Assembly: GCA_977017575.1 (NCBI GenBank)
Contig: CDRNVI010000032.1
Coordinates: forward strand, 1 to 64,000
Length of the DNA stretch: 64,000 bases
Reading direction: 5' to 3'
Source: Paramoeba atlantica
Lineage: Eukaryota > Protista > Discosea
A program made the translations under genes and the position numbers. The notes under the pieces were generated by a model that saw nothing but the letters and a program-made list of their open reading frames with translations, was not told the DNA's origin and did no database searches. Position 1 is the stretch's first letter, and every line of letters begins with the position of its first letter. Of the stretch, positions 1 to 9,604 are shown in pieces.

Positions 1-543
1 CCGCGTAAAGAGAGAATTGGACAATATTTTAGTGAGTGACCGGTTCTCCTCCAGCGTTTGTGCCCACAAGGTTCTTAAGGAACCTATTCCTATGACGCAT
101 TGTGTCTTCATGGCGAATGTAAATATTAAGTGGCGCACTGGGAATCGTAGGGGGGCAGGTCGGGTTACACGGGCTCAACTGAGAGACGAAAAGCGAAGGT
201 TCAAACAAAAAATTTGGGAGGCAACTGAGAAAGAATCAATGGTAACGTGGGAAAACTTCTCTGAAACGATGGTAGTACATGTAAATTATCTATTTTCAAA
301 GGTGAAAATAGATAAAATATCCGAGTCAGAAGAAGGATCGGTCGAGCGAACCAGTCGATGAAAAAAAACCGTCTATTGGTGTACGGGAACTTTTCCTACA
401 AAGCCGTAAACCACATCACTTCCAGCAGATTGTTGAAACGCATGGTCGAGAAATAGAGGAAGAAATAGCCCTGGAGTGCAATGAAATTGAGGCTGGGCTG
501 CGTTCTAACAGATCAAATGTCAAATACCAATACGCGAAGAAAC

Positions 544-638
544 AAAATCCAAATCATTCCGGACTGCTCCGGACGGTCACTGGCAAGCCAGACCCTTCAC
601 AGACAGATTTGGAAGTTCCGAGGCCGACGTCCTCTACC
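544..638 (-). mobile_element. SINE1, 5'-truncated copy
   Basis: Matches the 3' ~95 nt of SINE1 (atccaaatcattccgga...cgtcctctacc). Confidence 0.8.
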
Positions 639-639
639 G

Positions 640-1113
640 TGTAAGGGGGCACGTGTAAGGGGCACGTGTAAGGTGACAGAGGCTTTTGAAACCCTTACAC
701 GGACCAAGCACGGTCGGGGGGTCATCTTTCGTTCACCCGAGCGAGTAGGTCCTGCTAAACTCCACCAGAGGGCAGTGCGGGCGCTCTGTAAGTTTGTCCG
801 CGTTGGGGCTCATCTTCGCGTCGCGTGGAGATACGACAACTGTTGCGAGACTTTGTTTGTTTGGGAGGGCGAGGTCGTGTGTGAGGGGCCGGATTATCTT
901 AAAAGCGTAGGCTGGCATACTAAGGGGGGATCCTCGGTAACTCAAGGTGAACCTTTGACCGGTACATTTCGTGTTCGGTACGTGGCGAGGCCGCACACGA
1001 CTCTCCCCCTTCCCCCCTTACCGAATACAGGTGTCGTGCTCTGCGCGGTGCAGGTGAGTAACCCGGCAAAGGCAAAACGAAGGAGCTCCCGTCACCGCCC
1101 TCGGTCACACTAG
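640..1113 (+). pseudogene. Putative ORF1-like segment of a non-LTR retrotransposon, upstream of the APE domain
   Basis: Open frame (VGAHLRVAWRYDNCCETLFVWEGEV) directly upstream of the APE endonuclease remnant; its 5' part is replaced by a SINE1 fragment. No family recognised. Confidence 0.3.
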
Positions 1114-1167
1114 GCGTCGCGCGGCACACACGCCCAACGAGATTCGGAGAACATCAAAGGTTCCGCT

Positions 1168-1846
1168 GTGAAGGAGAACACAACCGTTGCAACGCTTAAC
1201 GTTACGACGTTAAAACTCGAGGTGGAAGATGAATTCTCTCTTCGAAGATGCACCCGTTTGAACAAGGTGCTTGCTTTCATGCAGGTAAGGGGGGTTGGCG
1301 TCATGGTGCCTACAGGAGGCCAGATACAATTTCTCGAAGGAAGGACATGAAGATGGAATCCTATACAGGCATGTTGAAAACCTAGGGGAGAGGTTTCACC
1401 TGTATTTGCAGTCGGCCGCCGCACACGATTCATATAATGGCATGGCCATAGTGAGCCGGCATTCGTTTCGGAAGTTTTGGATGGTGAGCAACAGGGTGAT
1501 GGGAGCTGAGGAGGGTACCCTGGGGACCGGCACTTTGTTCAATGTCTATGCCCCCATACGGGACTCCTCAGAAGCTGTTCATGCGGCATTTCTGGGTGAC
1601 TTGGACAAGGCGTGTCGTGAGGTCAAGGCTGAACGGAAACGCAGACCTTTATTGGTCATGGGGGACTTCAATGCACCGATAGCGCTCGTGACTAATCCGA
1701 ACATGGATCCCCCAGCGGTCTCTCAGCTGAAAGGCCTCTTGTGCCCCATCGGCTGTAAGTCAGCACACACCCTCTGCCCGAGCAAGAGGAAATGGACATG
1801 TGAGTTGCCGGGCAGGAGGCGGAGACAAAGGACCGTTGCAACGTAG
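1168..1846 (+). pseudogene. Apurinic-type endonuclease (APE) domain of a non-LTR retrotransposon, frameshifted
   Basis: Motifs VATLNVTTL (1168 ORF), GMAIVSR, LFNVYAP and LLVMGDFNA (1295 ORF) across two overlapping frames. Confidence 0.8.
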
Positions 1847-1902
1847 GAACAGAGAAGGTGGGGCAGAAGGGGTAAGAAGGAAAGGTGGAACTGGGAAGGA
1901 AA

Positions 1903-2170
1903 GACCGACCCGGAACCGCCGAGCTGAACCAGGCTCCAGCGCAGCCGCTAAATTGCGAGCTGCCTACGCAAAGGAGGCTTGAGACACAGCCTACACGATG
2001 CAACGGGGTGGACGCCCGTCCTGGTAGCTACGGTTGGGTAGCCGTGCTCGGGCCGCAAGGCGTCGAGTGCCGTCTGGGAAGGGGGTAGCAAGACGATGAA
2101 GGTCGGTAACCTGAGACTCTACCCTAACGGTTGGCGCTGCAGAGCCCTCCGTGTCTTCTTCTTCTTGTCA
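1903..2170 (+). mobile_element. SINE2, 5'-truncated copy
   Basis: Matches the 3' two-thirds of SINE2 and ends in a (ctt)n tail. Confidence 0.85.
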
Positions 2171-2176
2171 TCTTCA

Positions 2177-3334
2177 GGATGCTACAGCATGATCCCCCAT
2201 GAAGGACAGGTTAAGGCTCACATGGGCAGCATTTCGTAAACTCAGTGGCATTTGGGCTTATCCTCTGAGTGCTGCTATGAAAATACGCCTGTTTGACCGC
2301 TTGATTAACGTTTGGTGCAGCCTCTCTTTCGCTTTTCTAACAAAATGCTCCGAAAAACGGAGGTTGAGGTAAATATGATGAGGCGATTCGCTTGTAAATC
2401 AGCAAAAATAAATAATCCAAATCATTCCGGATTGCTCCGGATGGTCGCTGGCAAGCCAGACCCTTCACAGACAGATTTGGAAGTTCCGAGGCCGAAATCA
2501 GCAAAGTTTGACGATTTCGGACATTGCTACCCATTAGAGTCCTTGTATTGTGGTACACCTCGATTTTCGACCGTGCATCGTGTCGTCCGTGCGAAAATCG
2601 TAGGCCACACGCTCAGGCACTACTCTACGTTTCGCGAGCTCGTTCAATGGAAGAGCACGGAAAAAAAAAGAAATATTTCTCCTAGCGAAGCAAGCTTTAA
2701 TGATCTAGGGATTACTCTGGAGCAGGCGCTTGTTTACTCGCAGGATCGGCTACACTGGCAAAAGCTATGCGATGAGCTCAGGCAGAAACTTGAACCACTT
2801 CCGAGGTATGAGGTATTAAGGTCTCCAAGGTGGAAAACTAAACACACTCAAGCGGTCAAAAGCAAAAGCTCTTATGAGCTACAATTTGTGGAGGAAGGCT
2901 CGGATCCGTTCCCCATGAGTGAGGGTGAAATTCTTTTGCTAAAGGGGGTAAACAAGGGGTGCTACGAAACCCTACAATACATTGAAGAAGGGCAGCAACC
3001 ATTTCCAATCGGGCCAAATGAAACACACATTTATACAGATGGAGCACGAATCGTTAAAAATGATGAAACTCACACAGGTTGTGGGGTAGTCTGCCTACGC
3101 CGCCGCGAGCCCTCTATATCTCTTGGGTTAAAACCTCCTCATGCATTCTCTCAATCTATTCAGGAAGTAGAATCCTTTGCCGCGCACGAGGCTCTTCTCA
3201 TCGCATTGTCCTACGACGGAGATGTCATTTTGCGCACGGACTCTGAGTATGCTTGGGATTTCTTTCATGGAGCTATCTATAGGTTCAGATTCATCGGATT
3301 TAAATCGTCTGAGGGAGGCGCTATACTACTTTAA
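2177..3334 (+). pseudogene. RTE-like retrotransposon C-terminal region (RT thumb) plus RNase H domain; RT core missing
   Basis: Manual translation from ~2205 gives RLRLTWAAFRKLSGIW..KIRLF. Then IVGHTLRH and QDRLHW (RTE-like), and RNase H motifs HIYTDG, QEVESFA, ILRTDSEY. Interrupted by SINE1 at 2407-2494 and 3339. Confidence 0.75.
2407..2494 (-). mobile_element. SINE1, 5'-truncated copy with 11-bp TSD
   Basis: SINE1 3' end flanked by aaatcagcaaa at 2396-2406 and 2495-2505. Confidence 0.9.
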
Positions 3335-3338
3335 GGGT

Positions 3339-3728
3339 GGAGGTGGCGGAGTGGCAAGAATTCAAAGTTTGAAGCACATGGTGCTCAGACGGCGAGTTCA
3401 AACCCACTCATCGCAATATTCATGACGGCCTCACTCTAAGAGGCTGGGCTGATAACCGACTAGGCCCAGTACTCGGAGGACCGTCCCGGACCCTCCACTC
3501 AGGGAACCAGCTCCCTTACCCGGCTTACACCTCTTGGGTAAGCCGTGTTGACGTACAGTTCGTCGACGCAGCGTGTTGGCAACATCACGTTGGTGCCGCC
3601 TTGGACAAGCGGAAACTGGTAGAGGACGTCGGCCTCGGAACTTCCAAATCTGTCTGTGAAGGGTCTGGCTTGCCATTGACCATCCGGAGCAATCCGGAAT
3701 GATTTGGATTTTGATTGGATTTTTTTTT
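3339..3728 (+). mobile_element. SINE1, full-length tRNA-derived SINE (~390 nt)
   Basis: Head GGAGGTGGCGGAGTGG (A box) ... GAGTTCAAACCC (B box) with a long variable-arm hairpin agcac-atg-gtgct; hairpin-rich body; 3' stem-loop ccgga-GCAA-tccgg; tgattt-like tail. Confidence 0.9.
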
Positions 3729-3898
3729 CAAACTTTGAGTTCTTGCCACTCCGCAACCTCCCCCTATAACGCATATAGAGGGAGAGACTACTCCCTCGCT
3801 ACCGTATATTAATGTTTTGTCAGAAATTTCCTGGGAGGGTGGGGTCCCTCCTCACACCTTGCCATAAAATCACTTTTAACCCAGCCTCGCTCCAATAT

Positions 3899-4535
3899 AT
3901 TAATTCGTCGCCAAAGATTTTGTTCACCTTTTCCCGAAATTTGGCCCGGACCTGGCCCGGACCTGTTCACTTTTGTTTGCCGATTATTTTTAGCAAAAAC
4001 AAATATAGGTATGTATAACCCAGGCTAAAGTGGACGAGGGAGATACCAAAGGCGCTTTGGAAAACGATCACAAAACTGGAACCGTATCTCCCAGTTTGTA
4101 GAGAAAAAGGTTTGTAGAAAACTGGAACTGTATCTCACGTTAAAGACCCTTTTGCCACATCAGAATGCTCTGCAAACCGGGAGATACTCGTGGCCTTCGG
4201 CCGCTCGTGCGCCAGTTTGAAAACACTCATGCAAGAAAATGATTCTTCTTATCGTCAAAAAATACCTATTTTAACTTTTTTTCGATCAGAAAAATATTTC
4301 ACGGTCGCCCCACAAAATTTTTTGAAAATTGGGCCGGACACATCCTGCAAGCACAACGCAGAGTTACCACTTGTTGTGTCGGTAAAAAATATTCTTCAAG
4401 GCGTGTGGCATCACTTCCCCTAACTCAAGTTTGAAAATCAAATATGTTTGTTTTCGCTAAAAAGGAATCGGCAAAAAAACGGGCCACGTCCGGGCCAAAT
4501 TTGGGGAAAAAGTGAACAAACTCTTTGGCGACCAA
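3899..4535. mobile_element. Non-autonomous element with ~110-bp imperfect inverted repeats, carrying the left end of a CCAGG-MITE at 4018
   Basis: About 3908-4005 (cgccaaag...ggcccggacc...tttgccgatt...aaaacaaatat) is an inverted repeat of about 4441-4531. Confidence 0.6.
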
Positions 4536-4599
4536 GTAATAATTAAGGTCTTCGTTAAACACGGTGGTTCTTTTCAACTTAGAAGTCACTCATGCTGCG

Positions 4600-4999
4600 G
4601 CGGAGGTGGCGGAGTGGGCGGAGGTGGCGGATTGGCAAGAATTCAAAGTTTGAAGCACATGGTGCTGAGACGGCGAGTTCAAACCCGCTCATCGCAATAT
4701 TCCTGGCGGCCTCACTCTAAGAGGCTGGGCTGATAACCGACTAGGCCCAGTACTCGGAGGACCGTCCCGGACCCTCCCCTCAGGGAACCATCTCCCTTAC
4801 CCGGCCTACACCTCTTGGGTGAGCCGTGTTGACGTACAGTTCGTCGACGCAGCGTGTTGGCAACAGCACGTTGGTTCCGCCTTGGACAAGCGGAAACTGG
4901 TAGAGGACGTCGGCCTCGGAACTTCCAAATCTGTCTGTGAAGGATCTGGCTTGCCAGTGACCATCCGGAGCGATCCGGAATGATAAAAAAAAAAAAAAA
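4600..4999 (+). mobile_element. SINE1 with poly(A) tail and 12-bp TSD, inserted in the loop of the ~100-bp palindrome
   Basis: TSD actcatgctgcg at 4588-4599 and 5000-5011; A-run tail; duplicated 5' head. Confidence 0.9.
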
Positions 5000-5457
5000 A
5001 CTCATGCTGCGCGCTTGGCGTTGAAACCTACCACCGCGTTTAACGAAGAGCGTAAAAAAGAAAATTTGGCTTGAAAAGCTGAAGTAAACGGAAAGATTAT
5101 AGCCAAAAATTGCCCATTTTGTGGCAAAAATGGGGCCATTTTTGCGTATTTTAGCTGTCAGAGCACTCAATCCGACATTTGCGCTTAGGAAATCACTCGT
5201 AGGCATGAATGGAAGATTACCGAACGTATTGGACACTGTGCAATTATATTATATTATATTATATAATATAATAATAGGAATCTTCATCCTCCTAAGTAGA
5301 TCTTTAGAAAACAAGATATGGAATGTAACATGAATCTATTGCATTGGTGTTTGTAAATTGATTCTACTGAGTATGAATGGCTTCTGCGTTTATAAGCGCG
5401 TTTTAAACTGAGTTTTAAAAATGAGGGTAGTAGGTTTCATTTCTTCAAAACACTGAC

Positions 5458-6105
5458 ATGGCTGAAAGCGTTCGGGCTGGAGGTGACGTTATCCCTGCTC
5501 TGTTCTGCGTTCACTGTGAGGTTACACCGTTCACGCTATGTTCTCCACGAAGGTGCTTGTGTTGCGAAACACCGATTCAGAGGAACACTGAATCAAGTGT
5601 GGAAGTAGAGCAATGTGCCAACTGCGATTACGCAAACGTGCCGATTCTGGCCAAAATATGTCCTCGCTGCTCCTCGTCGAAAGACCTCGAACAATTGTCA
5701 CGATGACAGAAAGAAAAGCTTGTTTCCTGTGGGATGGACCAAGCCACAGCGCAACACGTATGTTGCTTGTACGTTAAGCACACTTTCCTAGGGAGGCGTC
5801 TTGTCGCCAAAGACATTGTGCAAATTCTTGTTCAAATTAATGCCTGCTCTCGAAACGACGAGTACGAAAAATTTATGCGCTCCGCACGTCTTCTTTCAAC
5901 TCAATACTCCAAGGTGGCATTACATCCCAAAGACGTACGCCCCACTGGTATACTTCTGCGTAACATGTGGGCCTCCTACACGCGTTCAAGTATTGATCAA
6001 CGCAAGGACGAGCGCGACAGACTCTATAAGGTCTTGACAGAGAAAGCCACACGATGCGTTACCCCCAATGGCACAAAGTACGCGAAATGCATGGGAAGGC
6101 GATAA
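5458..6105 (+). CDS. Two adjacent ORFs: a Cys-rich double-zinc-ribbon-like peptide and a hypothetical protein, probably element-borne
   Basis: CxxC pairs (CVHC, CLCC, CANC, CPRC) in 5458-5706; 123-aa ORF at 5734-6105; embedded in repeats. Confidence 0.35.
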
Positions 6106-6164
6106 AATAAATATGCGATCGGGCATCGCATACGTTACAGTGCGTGGTGCTACTATGTGACGGG

Positions 6165-7163
6165 TTGCGGTGGTTGTAAAACTACGGCTCTACACTCGAT
6201 TATTGAAGAAAAAGTGAACAAAAACAGTGAAAATATAAAGAGGAACACAGTAATATAATAGAACAAAAAAGTATAAAAGGGGGCTCCGGTGGACCAAAAC
6301 TGAAAAAACAATTTGAAAAAAATGGGGGGTCCATGGGGGGGTCCATGGGGGGGTCATGGTGTCCGGGGGGGTCATGGTCGAGCAAATTTTGGGTCATGGG
6401 GGAGGTCCAGGGGGTGTCCAGGGGGTGTCCAGGGGGGTGTCCAGGGGGGTGTCCAGGGAGGGGTCATGGTCGAGCAAATTTTTTCGAAAAAATTAGTTTT
6501 CGAAACCAAACCGCAGAAAGGGTAGCCGGGTCTTGGCGCGTATTTTCCACCCCCCTACCCGGGGGTGACCCCCCCGCGTAACCGCAGGACGGGTCCTCCA
6601 ATTTCCGATTTTTTCGAAAAATATTTTTCCAAAATCATTTCCCCTATTGTATTTTGATAGTTTCGGACCTACAATAGCTTTCTCCGCAGTTGTTTTCGCA
6701 AGGTATCCATTCTTCGAACCGTGGTGCGCCCCTCAAAATGACCCATTTTTGACTAAAAAAGGTGAAAAAGTATTTTTCGGACCTAAAGGGGCATTTTTGT
6801 GCTTTGAATGGTATGGTTGGAGTCGCATTCTCTACCCAATACGTTCGGTAGGCTTCCATTCATGCCTACAAGTGATTTCCCACGCGCAAATGTCGGATTT
6901 AGTGCTCTGACAGCAAAAATACGCGAAAATCACCCCATTTTTACCCGAATTTCGGCTATTTTTGGCTATAATCTTTCCGTTTTCTTTAGCTTTCCAGGAT
7001 AAATTTTCTTTTTTATTCTCTTCGTTAAACGCGGCGGTAGTTTTCAACGCCGAGCGCACAGCATGAGTGACTTCTAAGTTGAAAACAACCACCGCGTTTA
7101 ACGAAGAGACTAAAAAAGAAATATTGCGGTGGTTGTAAAACTACCGCTCTACACTCGATTATT
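6165..7163 (+). mobile_element. HINE-like (non-autonomous Helentron-type) element, family 1
   Basis: 5' ttGCGGTGGTTGT-aaaactac hairpin, (tccaggggggg)n minisatellite, conserved core and 3' ~100-bp palindrome, followed by a second 40-bp start unit. Confidence 0.7.
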
Positions 7164-7431
7164 ATGTGACGGGTTAATTACGTGACGGGTTAATTACGGG
7201 ACGGGTATTTAAGGGACAATATAGGGGTGGGGTCATCCCTTTGGAATGGGACAAAAGAACTACGAATGTAGCGCCCAAGTAACAGAGCGCGCAAGTTATC
7301 AGGTACACATCAAAGTGTATTTGTAAGATAACTGAACGAAAAGAAGATAAATAAAGTAAGATAATTGAAAGAAAAAGGTATAGAGATTCTTAGAAAACAA
7401 AATGGAGAATTAAGGGACGGGTTTAAGGGGG

Positions 7432-8030
7432 TGTCCCTTAATTAACCCGTCCCCGTAATAAAGCCCCGCACTGTACTCGATTTTTTTCCTTCCTTCGTCA
7501 TGACAAAGTATAGGCGGCTCAGTGGAGGAGAGAGAAGCACAATGCAAGAGATTTTCGAGGCGGGAGCCACGCGACGTGAGATCAGCAAGGCTATCGGAAA
7601 ATCACATAGCACCGTTAGCCGCGAGCTGGCCCGAAATAAAAAACGGGGTCGGCGGTACGAGGCCAGCCGTGCTGAGAGAGTATCCAAGAGACGCTTGGAA
7701 AGCAAGCCCTCGCCTGATCTCTGGGCCCGTGGAGCGACACATCGAGAAGCGCTTAGGGCAGCTTCACAGTCCAGAACAGGTTGCCAACACTTTAGTTGTT
7801 GGGACGCAAGATTCGCCTTCTGTGGCTACTGTTTATCGCCACGTGGCACGTGATAAGCACGTATGTGGGAAACTGTACAAATCTCTTCGGACTCAGGTTA
7901 CATTTTGACCTTATGTGAGCTGAAGAGCAGATCCCTTGTTCTGCGTGTTCTGCGATCGAAACATGCCGAAGAAGTGGCGAATCAAATCATCAAGGGATTA
8001 AGAGAGTACAAAACTTTTACTATCACTTAG
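7432..8030 (+). mobile_element. IS30-like transposase, N-terminal part (frameshifted), with candidate left end TGTCCCTTAATT
   Basis: HTH RRLSGGER..REISKAIGKSHSTVSRELARN; HSPEQVA..SVATVYRH; 7911-8030 translates as LCELKSRSLVLRVL..AEEVANQIIKGL..TIT. Confidence 0.75.
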
Positions 8031-9180
8031 TAAACGAGCGTTTTTTTTTCCACAAAAAAAAGCGGCGTGAAGTTTCTAAGATGCGTTCACAAAAAAATCA
8101 ATTTCTTTAGGGGAGTAATTTTTCGTGATAAGAAGAAAATTTATCGCGAACGGGTCAACTAGCCTTGCCACTTGACAATCCTGCGGAAGTAGCAGACATA
8201 GGTTCTCAGTGCGCGACATTATTATGTCCCAGGGCTACGCACACAGTTGGGCCTTGCTCGCAAACGGGGGCTCATGCCTCCAGAAGTGATAAAATTGGTA
8301 AAACTTGATAAAAAAGGGGTCGGTGACTGCGCTGTAAGTAATTACGGTTTCGACACACGTGTCGATAAACGATATCCACGCGAGGGAGAAAGCCCTCTTC
8401 AACCTCCCGTGAGCTCATTAAAATAATGAGCTAGAAAGTCGATACTTTGACTTTCCACCAGGGGAGGTAACTCGCCAGGGTACGCGGAGCTTGCGAAGCT
8501 CGCTCACCAGCGGCCTTCAAAGAAGGCAACCAATGCCTTAGCGCCCTTTGTGAGAAGGGAGTTTTTGCCCGACGACGACCAAAATTGGCATCATGGCAGA
8601 CGGCAAAAACTTGTCACTTTCCATCATCTCGTCCTAGTTATTTAGTACATGGGGAGTACCGGACAAGATTCAGGTCATTCCCCAAGGGGCAGGGGCTTCC
8701 TTTCAATAAGAATGGATCTTATTGAGGGAGATAAAGAAAGTCAGCACCATAAATACATGTAGATAGTTTTAGGAAAAGAAAAAGCACCTTTTGGACGACT
8801 CGAGACCCCCTTCTTCGGAAGCGATTTGCAAAGCCCGATTCTCCACGTATGCTTTTTTCAACTTGAAGTTTGGGATACACAAGACCGTAGAGGAAGGAGG
8901 AGGCGCAAGGCAAAAAGCAGAAGGCGGAGCTTTCTTCCCGTTTACCGCAGCGACGACGACTTCCTCGCGTGGGAAGCTGTAAGGAGTCCTAGGGAACATG
9001 TTTTTACTATGTAACCCAGGGCAAAGGGGACGAGGAAGATACCAACAGTATAGGTCCGGCAGTTTCCACAGGAAAAACGTTATCTCCCTTAGGGCATGAA
9101 GACAGGCGCCTAAAAAGGCAGAGATGCCGTTTTTTCCTGAGGAAACTGCCGCATCTACACTGTTGGTATCTCCCTCGTCC

Positions 9181-9604
9181 CAAAACAATCCAAATCACTC
9201 CGGATTGCTCCGGATGGTCACTGGCAAGCCAGACCCTTCACAGACAGATTTGGAGGTTCCGAGGCCGACGTCCTATACCAGTTTCCGCTTTCCCAAGGCG
9301 GCACCAACAACAACACTGATATATCAGTTGAGGTCTTTGTACTCTTTCACTCTCTAGTTGCCCCCCCCCGTGGAGGGATGAGCCGGGTAAGAGAGCTGGT
9401 TCCATGAGGGGAGGGTCCGGACGGTCTTACGAGTACTGGGCCTAGTCGGTTATCAGCCCAGCCTCTTAGAGTGAGGCCGCCGGGAATATTGCGATGAGCG
9501 GGTTTGAACTCGCCGTCTGTGCACCATGTGCTTCAAACTTTGAATTCTTGCCACTCCGCCACCTCCCCCTTCAAACTTTGAGTTCTTGCCAATCCGCCAC
9601 CTCT
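9181..9604 (-). mobile_element. SINE1, rearranged copy
   Basis: SINE1 ends recognisable; internal ~70 nt (about 9308-9380) replaced; head duplicated at 9535-9604. Confidence 0.8.

Noticed and set aside
3470-3535. RNase P-like words in SINE1 (GAGGAccGTCC and ACCCGGCTTA)
   Set aside because: Only ~40 nt apart, P4 pairing incomplete and the conserved AAA missing; probably chance.
4820-4845. Group II intron domain V-like gagccgtg..cgtacagttc in SINE1
   Set aside because: No upper stem or bulge, no other intron domains, and alternative hairpins explain the sequence better.
8200-8430. Open frame HYYVPGLRTQLG.. as an integrase zinc-binding region
   Set aside because: Short, no start or HHCC motif, no supporting downstream domain.
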